Shown piece after piece: positions 12,204 through 24,850 of a DNA stretch of 64,000 nt. Below the pieces are notes generated by a model. That model was not told the DNA's origin, did not search any database, and was given only the letters and a program-made list of their open reading frames with translations. A program made the position numbers and the translations under genes. Position 1 is the first letter of the stretch. Each line of letters starts with the position of its first letter. Origin of the DNA: Malacoraja senta (Eukaryota); assembly GCA_038087875.1 (NCBI GenBank), contig CM075996.1:2358001-2422000 (forward strand), written 5' to 3'.

Positions 12204-12295
12204 GTGAGTGCGCCCGGGCGCTGTCTCTATTCCTCACCTCACCTGATGATTGTAGGTAAGTGATGCACGTGTGAAAATAGTAGCAGGAGTGGATC

Positions 12296-12750
12296 AGGAC
12301 TGTCATACGCTGAGAGAATGGAGTGGCTGGGCTTGTACACTCTGGAGTTTAGATCGATGAGAGGGGATCTTATTGAAACATATAAGATTATTAAGGGTTT
12401 GGACACGCTAGAGGCGGGAAACATGTTCCCGATGTTGGGGGAGTCCAGAACCAGGGTCCACACAGTAAGAATAAGGGGTAGGCCATTCAGAACGGAGATG
12501 AGGAAACACTTTCACACAGAGGGTTGTGAATCTGTGGAGTTCTCTGCCTCAGAAGGCAGTGGAGGCCAATTCTCTGGATGCTTTCAAGAGAGAGTTAGAT
12601 AGAGCTCGTAAAGGTAGCGGAGTCAGGAGATATGGGGAGAAGGCAGGAACGGGGTACTGATTGGGGATGATCAGCCATGATCACATTGAATGGCGGTGCT
12701 GGCTCAAAGGGCCGAATGGCCTACTCCTGCACCTATTGTCTATTGTCTAT
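12296..12750 (+). mobile_element. CR1 LINE 3' fragment; similar pieces at about 10420-10993, 22037-22368, 26880-27332, 28776-29060, 30005-30285, 32834-33235, 39692-40210, 52900-53434 and 55635-56085
   Basis: LGLYTLEFRSMRGDLIETYKIIKG, with the shared 3' UTR and microsatellite tail. Confidence 0.9.
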
Positions 12751-15635
12751 TCTACTTTGATTCTGATCCTGTGGTTCAGTAAGAACATGGTTGATTCTAG
12801 ACTTGGCCCCACTTTTACACCCAGCCCTTTTGTTCTATTTCTCACAAGGCTACTGCTTTAGTGTTTGAATATAATCATTGGCTGAACTGACGCAGCCCTC
12901 TGCAGTAGATCATTAGAAAGATTTATAATCCTCGGTAAATCACAGAGTACTGGAGTAACCCAGCCGATCAGGCAGCATCTCTGGAGGACATGGATAGGTG
13001 ACATTTTGGGTCGGGGCCCTTCTTCAGACTGGCTGAGTTATTCTAGCTGCTGCCTGACCTGCTGAGTTACTTTAGCACTTTGTGCTTTACTCATGATTCC
13101 AACATTTGCAGTTCGTTGTGTCTCCATTTATAATCCCTGCCTTGTTCTTGGGTGGCTGATCCTGAGGATTTGCTCCCATTCTAGACTCTCTGAGGATCAA
13201 TTCCATTGATTCCTTTCATAATCTTGCAGTGAAATCATCTCTAATCTTTGCAAAGCTCCTGTGAGTAAAGGCCAGTTTCCCTCAATCTCTACTCGTGCCT
13301 TCACGCCAGCAATGAGTTTAGTGAGCGCATGCAGTACTAACTCAGAGCCAAGTGCAACCTTCCTGAACAACAGAGGACAAGGGTATGCTCACACCGCACC
13401 AACTCCTTGCTCTCTAGACCGTTTGTCCTAACTACCAGTTATACTTTGGGTTTACTTTCTCTGTCCAATGATGCATCAACCTTCCATGAAACCAGATATG
13501 TATCTGTTTCACAGCATTTAAAAAAAATCTTCCTGCTTAAAAAATACTCTTAGATAGACACAAAATGCTGGAGTAACTCAGCGGGACAGGCAGCATCTCT
13601 GGAGAGAAGGAATGGATGACGTTTTGGGTCAAGACCCTTCTTCAGACCCGAAGAACTTACTCCAGCATTTTGTGTCATGCTCCCTGTCCCGCTGAGTTAC
13701 TCCAGCACTTTGTGTCTATCTTCGGTTTAAACCATCATCTGCAGTTCCTTCCTACATTTAAAGAAAAATACTCTTCTAGTTTTCCTACATAATTTCACTT
13801 TTTTTTCCCCATATTATTATTCTGACACTACATTCACTTAATCTGTTTATCCCATTGTAGACGTCTTTTCATCCTGGCTTTTTCAACATGCTTCATGTGG
13901 TTGTGCTATTGAGGGACACCAGCGGGATCTGTGCTGCATTTCCTGATCTAAATTATCACCTTGGAGGGACTCTACCCAATCCCTGATCCAAATCTAATGC
14001 TTCCCATCTGTGTAAGTGAATGAATGTAAGTAAAAGAGTTGAATGTCCTGCTTCTTTTTTTTTAATCCATTCACTTTTGGGCTAGCTAGGACGTTTCAGA
14101 GGACATTTCAGAGTCAAGTAAATTGGAGGGAATATATGGAATCATCCTTTACTTTTTGGGACCTAGTCACTTGCAAGGTGTTCAGAGATACAGCACGGAA
14201 ACAGGCCTTTCGGCCAACCGAGTCCGCGCCGACCAGCAATCCCCGCACATTGACGTTACCCTACACACACGAGGGACAATTTATATTTTACCAAGCCAAT
14301 TAACCCAGGAACCTGTACGTCTTTGGAGTGTGGGAGGAAACCGAAGATCTCTGAGAAAACCCACACGGGTCACGGGGAGAACATACAGACAGCACCGTTA
14401 GTCGGGATCGAACCCGGGTCTCTGCCGCTGAAAGTGCTGCAAGACAGCAACTCTACCGCTTCACCACTGTGCTGCCCCACTGTTGTTGCCATCTCGTGGC
14501 TAGCTAGGTCATTTCAGTGTCGGGCAAATCGGAGGAAGCGTCGAGAGTCGACCTTTTGTTAGGCTCGGCAAGGATGATAAATTTGCTCCTCCGAAGGATG
14601 TTTCTGATCCAAACATTTTTTGACAATCTAGTGGTTTTATACTTGTTAATTCCATCTAATTAGTTATGAAATCAGACAGCACAGAAACAGGCCACTCACC
14701 CCACTTTTCCATGTCAACCAAGATGCCCCGTCCAAGCTAGTCCCATCTGCCCACATCACTCTCACCTTTTCTTATCCGTTAACTGAATTTAATTCCAACT
14801 GCCAATATTTTTCCCACCTCCATCTAAACATTCCCCCTCCCCCTCATCTCCCCCTTTTATCTAGTTCTACCTATTGCCTAAGATAAACACAAAATGCTGG
14901 AATAACTCAGTCTGAAGAAAGGTCCCGACTCAAAGTCACCGATCCATTTTCTCCAGAGGTGCTGCCTGACCCGCTGAGTTACTCCAGCATTTTGTGTCTA
15001 TCTTTGGTACAAGCCAGCATCTGCAGTTCATTTTTATTCCACCCATTACCTACTAGCCTCTACCTCAACCCCTCTCTCACTTCTGCATACTTGCTATCTT
15101 CCCTCTATACACTCGGCCTTGTTCAAGGTCTCAGTTTGATATGTCCACCATCCTCTTACCTCCACAGATGCTGTTTGACCTGCTGAGTTCGTCCAGCCGT
15201 TGTTTCCTGCAAATTCCAGCATCTGTAGTCTCTTGTGTCTCCACAGCTTCCATGGTGGGATTTCAGCTCTGGTATCAGGATTATTCCTGCAGGCACCTGA
15301 GCTACTAGTCCAGTGATGTAATCTCTGTGGCAGCAACATACGCTAGTGTCCACTCTGCTTCCATGTGGGTGGAAGGAAAGCTACTTTGCGGCTAGGGGCC
15401 ATTGTATTTGGACTAGGAAAATTCATAAAAGGAAGTGAATTATTTTTAAGAGTTTAGATTCCATTAACATTAGTTTATTATTACTGAGGCATGAAGGTGG
15501 ATAATGCCCACTAGAGTGTTTTATTGTCATATGTCCCAGTTAGAACAATTAAATTCTTACTTGCAGCAGCACAACAGAATATGTAAACATAGTACACTGT
15601 AAACAATATAATAAACGAGAGAGAGAGAAAAGGTT

Positions 15636-15663
15636 CAGTGTGTGTATATGAACACACATACGC

Positions 15664-15706
<43 letters not shown>

Positions 15707-15940
15707 TGCGCGCGCACACACATATATACATACACACACTCACACACATATACACATACACGCACACACATACATTGCACATATATATACACACACACAC
15801 ACATATATATATATACATACACACACACACACATATATATATACACACACACGCACATATATACGCACACACATACATACACATTATATACACACACATG
15901 CGCACACACACACACATATATACATACACACACGCACGCA
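15636..15940. repeat. (CA)/(TA) compound microsatellite
   Basis: Directly visible. Confidence 0.95.
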
Positions 15941-17684
15941 TACTGTACCCCTGCAACATTTGCTAATCACACGTGCCCGTCAACTCCTTTCTGATTTCTC
16001 CCTACGAGCGGCTTGGCAATGCACATAGACCCATCCATCCAGAGAGAGTTAAGGACACGCTGGTGCAGGGGTAGAGTTCCTGCCTTACTGCACCAGAGTC
16101 CAGGTTCGATCCTGAGTGCACGGAGTTTGCACGTTCTCCCCATGACCTGCTTGGGTTTCCCCCGGGAAGCTCCAGTTTCCTCCCACACTCCAAAGATGTA
16201 CAGGTTTGTAGGCTAATTGGCTTAGTATAAATGTAAAATTGTCCCTAGTTGGGTGTAGGATAGCATTAGTGTACAGGGATTGCTGGTCGGTGCGGACTCA
16301 GTGGGCTGAAGGGCCTGTTTCCACGCTATATCTCTAAACTAAACTAACTAAATCCCACAACAGCAACTGTGAATTAAATTATTTTGATATAATCTCAATA
16401 ACGATGGCTGTGAAACCACTGGACGAAGGTTTAAAATCCCACCTAGTTTCAGGAACATCCTTCAGCATGGAAAATTGTCACCGTCACCCAGTCTAACTCC
16501 AGACTTTCACAGTATGGCCTTGGTTGCCCTCTGAAATAGTGTTTAGTTGAGCAGTGAATAATTTAAAAAAATAGCATTTAATGTTTATAGTTTAGATTTC
16601 CGTATCCACTGTAATCTGTCTGAAAAGAGCTGGTTAATGTTTCCATTTGGAGCTTTTAATGGAATAGTTCTGGAGTTGTGTTCAAAAGATTAAGCTCTTG
16701 TCTTTCCCCATCAGATGAACAAGCTGCTGTGCATTTCCTGTTTTTATTTTTGCTTTGCACCAAGGGTCATTTGGGGAAGTGAATCAGAGTTCAAGTTGGC
16801 CTGTGGAACTCGGATTGCAATCCTGCACAGACAATTCTTATGTCTTCCCTGTGTTTGTTCTATCTTTCTCTCTTTCTCTCTCCCTCTCTCCTTTTTCTCA
16901 TTTTCTCTCTCCTTTTATTCTTTCTCGTTTTTCGTTCCCTTTCTTCCCTCTCTCTCTTTGCTCGACTCTCTTTATCTTCTGTCTCGTTCCCTCTCCTCTC
17001 TTTTTCTCGCACTTAACACTGTTTAGGAATTACAATAACAATGGGCCCACTAACATTAATTTTTCATCAACATTATGTCACTTATAAGTGGTAGAAAGTC
17101 AGAAAACCTCTTTACTAAACCTGTGTCCTTGGGTCCTCCAAAATATTCCAAATGGGATTTAAACTGGAGGTTCAAGTATTGTGGAGCTAGGGGATGTAGA
17201 TGGAGTTAGGACCCAGAGCAGCCCTGGTCTAAATAGAGAAAGCAGACAGGCTAGAAGGGCTGAGTGGCTCACACAGGCCAAGAAACCAGGGATGGGGATT
17301 GGATTTAAATGCAACCACTTATTCTGTTGGACCTGCACGTTATTTAAATTCAAATGAATGATTTGGAATATTTAAGTGGGAACACAGCAGTGAGTTGTAT
17401 GTCTAATTCATCTTGTTCTCCATCACAATTCCATCATTCATGAATTCTGTAGACGAGAAGTAACATCGAATGGACAGGCGTATGACTCTTGCCATGCATT
17501 TGCAGCTCAGGCTTGTTGTTTGGTGTCAAAGGCATCCTCTCAGCAGTGTTTGTTAAATACACAGCCGACTGCTGGCAACAGCCAGGCCGAACACCTGAAC
17601 TGTTGTTTGCACATGTCTCCTCTGCTGCTCAGCTGAGCCTCCTGTAACATGGCTTGTCTGTGTTCCCTGTGTGTTTGACACCAG

Positions 17685-17797
17685 ACCTTCTGTCAGTGGC
17701 TGGAAGACGCTCTGATGAGCTTGCCGAAGGAGCTGCCGGCCGGGGCTATCACCGCGACAGAAAAACAAGTCACAGAGTTTCACAAACAGGTCATGTG
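17685..17797 (+). CDS. TNPO3: Transportin-3-like exon ([37 protein letters not shown])
   Basis: AG/GTAAG boundaries. Resembles TNPO3 TFCRWLENSLKGLPKE...FHKQV. Ends in phase 2. Confidence 0.92.
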
Positions 17798-18425
17798 GTA
17801 AGTGCAAGTCTTACTGATTCATTTATTGCCACATGTACCGAGGTACCGACTCATCCTTGATTATGCTGCTGGCCTTGCCCTGACAGCATAATCAAGGACG
17901 AGTCGCACCATGACCACTCCCTCTTCTCCCCTCTCCCAATAGGCACACCTCCAGATTCGGGGACAGTTTCTTCCCAGCTGTTATCAGGCAACTGAACCGT
18001 CCTACACAACCAGAGAGCGGTCCTGAACTACTGTCTACCTCATGGTGACCCTTGGACTATCCTTGATCGAACTTTGCTGGCTTTACCTTGCACTAAACGT
18101 TATTCCCTTATCATGTATCTGTACACTGTAAATGGCTCGATTGTAATCATGTATTGTCTTTCTGCTGACTGGATAGCAGGCAACATAAGCTTTTCACTGT
18201 ACCTCGGTACACGTGAGAATAAACCAAACTGTTATGCAGTGAAAAGCTTTTGTTGCGTGCAACACAGTCAGCAGAAAGACAATACACTGGATGGCTTGAT
18301 CGTAATCTGCTGACTCGGTAGCACGCAACAAAGGCTTTTCACTGCATAACACTTGAGTTTATTGTCACGTGAACTGAGGTACAGTGAAAAGCGTTTGTTG
18401 CATGCTATCCAGTTAGCAGAAAGAC

Positions 18426-19073
18426 TTCTTCTGTCGTGTGTCTTTTAGACCTGCAGCTCCATTGAGGCGAGCCAGGCCAACGTGTCATCGTCCAGGTCAA
18501 TCAGACCTGGTTCACCATTCGGTGGCCGGTGTTTGGGGCAACTGGTGACTATGTGTGGGCTCCACTGTCTGTGTTGGGTCCCCACACCCGCAGGAGGCCC
18601 TGTCCACGAGGCTCCACCTCTTCATCGCTGCTCCATAGCGTCCGACGCCTGTCCTCAAGCGGTTGAGCGTTGTCCACTGCTTTCGGGGCAGGTCCTGGCC
18701 AGGGACGTCCATGGGGTCATCGATGTAATGGTGTAGCCTAGATGGTTCCGCTGACTTCCACTGGTCTCTCCATCTCGTCTTGACCCAGGCGGCCTTAGAA
18801 GCGTCAGCCGGTGTTGTGCAGAGCAGCTCTTGGGCTTGCGTGGCAAAGGGGTGCCGTGACTTGAGGCGCCACTCGTCGTGGTGTCTCTGTGACGATCTGA
18901 TGGAGGAGGTGGGATTCACTGGGCTGTGCCTTTCGAGGAGAGGCCAGCGTGGCTGCTTCTCGTCTGATGTTGGCTGGGGCGATGGCAGCGAGGACGGGCA
19001 GTTGTTTACTGGGGTGGCTCGTAGGCATCCGGAGACAGTTCCGCAGGGCGCTGTGGAGGCAGCATCCAGCTTC
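18426..19073 (-). mobile_element. 5'-truncated Vingi/Ingi-like (I-group) LINE, ORF C-terminus, frameshifted
   Basis: WTTLNRLRTGVGR...KRW...CGCG.PTQTVE zinc-knuckle-type end, GAAGAA tail, 13-bp TSD ttagcagaaagac (18413-18425 and 19074-19086). Confidence 0.75.
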
Positions 19074-20265
19074 TTAGCAGAAAGACAATACATGATTACA
19101 ATCGAGCCATTTACAGTGTACAGATACATATTACGATCAAGCATCCACAGTACAGGTACAGAATAAGGGAATAACATGAATAACTTTTAGTGCACAATAC
19201 AGCTAGTAAAGTCTGATCAAGGACCAATCAGTAACACAATACATTTGAGCATTGATGCAATTGTCCAGCAGTGGCTAATCTATATCTCCCATTTCCCTCT
19301 CCCCTGACTCTCAGTCTGAAGAAGGGTCTCGGCCCAAAACGTCACCTATTCTTTTTCGCCATACCCGCTGAGTTCCTCCAGGTTTTCCTGTCTATCTTTG
19401 GTTTAAACCAGCATCTGCAGTTCCTTCCTACACACTAGAAAAAAACAGCCGTTATCTAGTACAGGTCCACCACTGCAATCTGCAGTTCCTTGTGTCTCAA
19501 TCAAGCCACTGTTACTGCTGTTTGCTGGTAACTGGTGGTCTGGACAAAACTACTAGAGTACACCAAAGTGTGGTGCCAAGGCCAGGTGAGGCGGCCAAGC
19601 TCCGCCATGGCGGGTCAAATTCGGCTCTGCGACCGGGGATTTGGCAGATCCGTTCCCATAGCCGATTTCCACAGCCGATCAGCGGGTCGGTATCTCGGCA
19701 GCCTCGGCGAGGCTGTACAATGCCTGTACAGTGGATTCCCCTCGGAGACCGTGGTCTCTGTTGGTCTGGCAAAACGGATAAATCCAGACAGGTTCCGGAA
19801 CTAAGGTGGTGGGCCTTTATAATTCAACCTTTCTGACCATCCTAGACGACGTGCCCTGACAGCAGTGAAATTGCTGTTATCTTGATGGAAATAAATACTT
19901 ATCTACTGTTAAAATATTCATTAATTCTCACTATGTAAAGTAAAAATGCTAGGGCGTTCAACATATGATGAATGCACTGAAGCAAGCCAGCAAAAAGTTT
20001 ATCTCTCCATCATTTTACTCGGCTAACCTCTCTGTTACCTTGTCTTGACGCTCTTTGTACTTTGCCTCTACTTGCCCCTGCAGTAATTTAATTCTCTGAT
20101 CCTGACTTGCCTGTTTGGCTTTCTTCATTGTATGTTTTGTCTATAGAAGTACTGTGGTAGCTGCCATGCCCCAACAGGCTGGAACGTCCTTGCCTTGTGG
20201 CTCCTGTTTGCTGAGTTTATTATTGTCGTGTGTACTGAGGTACAGTGAAAAGCTTTGTTTTACAT

Positions 20266-20472
20266 GTGTAGGAAGGAACTGCAGATGCTGGTTTAAACCG
20301 AAGGTAGACACAAAAAGCTGGAGTAACTCAGCAGGACAGGCAGCATCTCTGGAGAGAAGGAATGGGTGACGTTTCGTGTCTGAAGAAGGGTCTCGACCCG
20401 AAACGTCACCCATTCCTTCTCTCCAGAGACGCTGCCTGTCCCGCTGAGTTGCTCCAGCATTTTGTGTCTATC
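20266..20472. repeat. Penelope-derived inverted-repeat unit with hammerhead core at 20380-20407; represents dozens of copies in the window
   Basis: Recurrent gaaggaactgcagatgctgg...gagtaactcagcggg...gacgtttcgggtcgagacccttcttcag unit, usually followed by its own reverse complement. Confidence 0.85.
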
Positions 20473-20659
20473 TTTTTGTTTTACATGTTATCCAATCAGG
20501 TAAGATTGTACTACAATACAATCAAACTCGAGTACAATACGTAGAGAAATGGAGACTGGTGTGTGTGTGTTAGTCGGCATTTTGCTGATGATATTTAAAG
20601 TAGAAAGCAACTAAAGTTTAAAACATGGTCATAAATCATCTTCCCTCTTTCCCCTGCAG

Positions 20660-20720
20660 TGCTGAAGACGCTGCAATGATAGGCTGGTCTTTAATGGAAT
20701 TCTCCGGCTTCTACAGATAG
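20660..20720 (+). CDS. TNPO3: Transportin-3-like last coding exon (C-AEDAAMIGWSLMEFSGFYR-stop)
   Basis: Strong polypyrimidine acceptor and phase match. Same length as the TNPO3 C-terminus AEECKQVCWALRDFTRLFR. TAG at 20718-20720; GTAAGT donor at 20749. Confidence 0.88.
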
Positions 20721-22937
20721 CATCCGGACTTGACCGTGGACTTGCAATGTAAGTGAAAAAATTTAAAAAATAAAAACATAAAGGATGGAAAATCTGAAAT
20801 AAAAACACCAGAAGCTGAAAAGGTTCAGCAGGTCGGGCAGCATCTGTGGAGAGGGGGACAGATGAGGAGTCTTCCATCAGAAACACTTAACTGTTTCTCT
20901 CCATCTCTGGATGCTCCTGACCTCTGAATGTTTCCAGCATTTTTGACATTTTAGTTACAGTGTAAGCTTCTATCTTGCTGTTGCTCCAGGTCCACCACCG
21001 ATTATTATTTTTGTTTCTTTACCCGCCAACTGGTAGTCCAGCACCTCCTTTATTCTAGGCAGAATTCCGAGAGTGCATATGGCAAGATGAGGGCATTCTG
21101 AGGCTGTGCCCCTCTGGTCCTAGACTCCCCACTAGCAGAAACATCGTCTCCACATGCACTCTATCACTTGTTCACCAAGGTCTGTCCCTGCACACCATTG
21201 AGCTGAGCCGGGGTTCTGGTGTTCTTTGTCTGAAGAAGCCAGTCTGAAGAAACGTTACCCATTCCTTCTCTCCAGAGATGCTGGCAGCTTTTTGTGTCTA
21301 TTTTCTGGTTTTATTTGCTGCCTGAAGACCACTTGCAGCGGAGGGTTTGCAGCACCGTGTGACCACACTGGGTGGTGAATATCTCCGTTCCGCACCAGTG
21401 CTTCAGCCGCTGGAGATTCCACACCCAAATAGCCTGGCTTCCTGTCTGCCGACTGTTTACCAGCTAACGATGCCTGGGTACAAAGAGCAGTTGACAACCA
21501 GAAAGTTTAGTGTATATTAATTTCAGAAGTGGGCGTGTGCGTGCTCCCGTGAGATTTGCTTTCTGCTCAATGCTGTGCTTAACTGCCTCTCATTAGCACC
21601 CAGTGAATGCAAGGGTTCTGCACGTCGCCACATTCCCACATCTGTTAAAGGCCCCCCCCCCCCCCCCGGTACATTTCACAACCCCAAGAGCCCTGGTTCG
21701 ATCCTGACCTCGGGTGCTGTCTGCAGAGAGTGTGAAATTTAACGCAGCATCACTCAGTTTTCTCCTGGGTGCTCCGGTCCCCTCCCATGTTGCAAAGATG
21801 TGAATTCTTGTTTAGTTGGCCTTTAAATGACCACTAGATGCAGGTGGGTGGTGAAAGAATCGGGGGGGGGGGGGGCTTGAATGGGTATGGGAGTGGGAAT
21901 AAGGAGAGAGGGAATGGAGCTGATGGGATCGCTCTAGGTGTCCCCAGACCCACGGGCCACGCTGCAGCCTCCTCTGTTATTCTGTGCATAACATTAGATC
22001 TTTGACCAGGATTTTGAAGTGTAGATTGATAGTGTTTCATAGAAACATAGAAAATAGGTGCAGGAAGAGGCCATTCGGCCCTTCGAGCCAGCACCGCCAT
22101 TCATTGTGATCATGGCTGATCATTCCCTATCAATAACCCGTGCCTGCCTTCTCCCCATATCCCTTGACTCCACTAGCCCCTAGAGCTCTATCTAACTCTC
22201 TCTTAAATCCATCCAGTGACTTGGCCTCCACTGCCCTCTGTGGCAGGAAATCCATAAATTCACAACTCTCTGGGTGAAAAAGTTTTTCTCACCTCAGTCT
22301 TAAATGACCTCCCCTTTATTCTAAGACTGGCCCCTGGTTCTGGACTCGCCCAACATTGGGAACATTTTCAACAACTAGATACGATGCGAGAGAACTTTAT
22401 TTATCCCATTGATCTGCCAACATTCATGGAACACGAGATACATGAGAAATGAGATTACAGTGATGAGTGGAAAGAATTGGGGATGTGCAAAGAATTGGGG
22501 GTGGGGGGAGGGGAAGAGAAGTCAGTCTACCCCACAGCAGAAGGGGGAGGAGTTGTCCTGAGCAATGATCTCCCATTGGAGACCCTCAGACTATCTTTAC
22601 TGGACTTTATCTTACACTAAACCTTGTTCCCTTTATCATGCATCTGTACACTGTGGCAGACCCGATTGTAATCATGTATAGACAGGTTAGCACGCAGCAA
22701 AAAAGCTTTTCACTACCTCGGCACACGTGGCAATAAACTAAGCCATGCAGGAGGAAGCGATGATACCGAGTTGGATGAGTATGACATGAGGTTTTATAAT
22801 TGGAGCATAAATGTTGGTGTGACCAGACTGGTTGAACAGTCTACTTCTTTGCAGTGCGCACTTCATGTCGTGGTGAAATGGAAGTGGTTTAAAAAATATG
22901 TGCTGACGGGCTTCTTATTAAATCCCTAGCTTTGTAG

Positions 22938-24850
22938 GACATTCCTTGCCAGCACACAGACATCACGAGAGGATTCCAGTGGTCGGTGCTCTACGCGACT
23001 GGAAAGGGAGCGAGCAGAGGGGTGGCTGGTCTGGCTGCAAGCGCGGGAGCTGGGGGCGGGGCGGTGGGGAGGGTGAGGTTAGAGGGCAGGTCGTGGCTTC
23101 AGCAGCAGGAGGGTGGCAGAAGTGGGGTCTTGTTTGTCGTACGTCAGTTCGATTCATCAATTGTTTGTGTTCCGTTGCACCTTGTTTTTAATTTTTGCCG
23201 CCTGCAACTTGCAGCACAGAGACGGGCTCGTTCTTGTTGGTCCGGCCACTGGTACACACAGTTGTTCAGTTATTCACCAGGAGTCGATGCCAGTGTGCCA
23301 TAACGCTTGCTGGCAAGTTGCCTGAGAAAGCATGCTGTCGAGGGCAGGGAAATGATTTTAACCCTAAATACCAAAATGTGAAATACTAGCACTAGATTGT
23401 CACCTTGAGTTTACCGTTCTTGACTGCATTGAGCCAATATTAAACTTGGAAAATAGCTGCAGGAGTAGGCCATTCAGCCCTTCGAACCAGCACCACCATC
23501 CAATATGATCATGGCTGATCATCCAAAATCTATACCTCGTTCCTGGCTTCTCCCCATATCCCTTGATTCCATTAGCCCGAAGAGCTCTATCTATCTCTCT
23601 CTTGAGTACGTTATTAATTTTAACTGGAAGCGTATCAATAATTGTGAGTGTCTTGTAATCAGGCGGAGAGATGCCTCATTGATGAAACTCTTGGCCCAGA
23701 CTGTGTGTGTGCACATCACTCGCCTACCGAAGCCCATGTACCAGAGCACGAGCTCCTCTCTTCCCAGAGAGGGCGGGGGTTGAAGAAGGTGCTGGAGCTG
23801 AGGCTGGTGTTTCCGTACAGCAGCAAAGCTGTGCGGTCCAGGTGTCAACACATTCACCCACTCACGATTCACGAGTGATTTTCAGGAATTAAATATGACT
23901 CCCAATTTTAAGGTCGCTCTTCCCCCTTCCAGCGCCCATCTAAAAGCATTTGTCATTCATCTCAACGAAACAAAACATGAATTGATCCGTGTCCTTTGCT
24001 TATTGCTGTGAGCTGCTGTGTCTCTCGACACGGGGGACTGGTTTTGGCTGCCAAGATTGTTCCTGCTGTCAGGGTCCAGGCGGAGTTGCTCCCTCTGTCT
24101 CTGCAACCATCTACCTGGCGCCAAAGCAGACCCGGCTTTCATGGACCCTCATCTGCCGCCCAGATTCTTATCAGGAACGGTGCTGCCCCCTCCTCTCCCG
24201 CCCCCCGACATTATCTTCCTGCACGACCAGGCAAAAAAAGCTGCCTGGTCCTTCCTTCCTTCTTTCCTTACTACACACTGCATGACACTGTACTTGTTTA
24301 CCGGCGGGCTACTGGCCCCTGCTGCCACACCAAGTCAGGGCTGAAGACCATGTACTGAGGGCGATGTTGAATGTTCGCAGCTGGGTTTGGAAAGGAGTGG
24401 GGTGGGAGTGTGTGGAGGGGAGAGTGACCAGGAGGGGTGTTGGGGCTGATCTAGGAGCACTGTGTGTCTGAGTATGTGTCTGTCTGTGTGTGTCCGTGAG
24501 TGTGTGTCTGTGTGTGTGTCACAGTGCAGGTGAGTCAGGCAGCCAGCCCACAGTCACTGCCGACTTCGGCCGACGGTTCCTAATCTGTGAAATAGATTCT
24601 GCAAAGTTGTGGACAGGTTTTAAAAGTTTTTTTTAAAAATAACTGGCTTAAATTCAAAATACTATTTTTTCAGTTTTGCAACAATTTAAAAGAAAAAAAA
24701 CAAGTGGATAATTTTTGGTGTACGGTGTCTATTAATTTAAGCAGGTGGTTTGCGGCCCAATTTATGTGAAGTGTTTTGTCAGTGTTTAGTGGTGGTACAG
24801 ATGTGTGCCCATGTACAGAATCTTTTTATATTAAATTTTGAAAACATCTC
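22938..24850 (+). other. Candidate non-coding terminal (3' UTR) exon of the TNPO3-like gene
   Basis: Acceptor-like tccctagctttgtag ends at 22937. Mostly non-repetitive sequence ending in a U-rich tract with ATTAAA at 24830-24835. Inference only. Confidence 0.35.
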
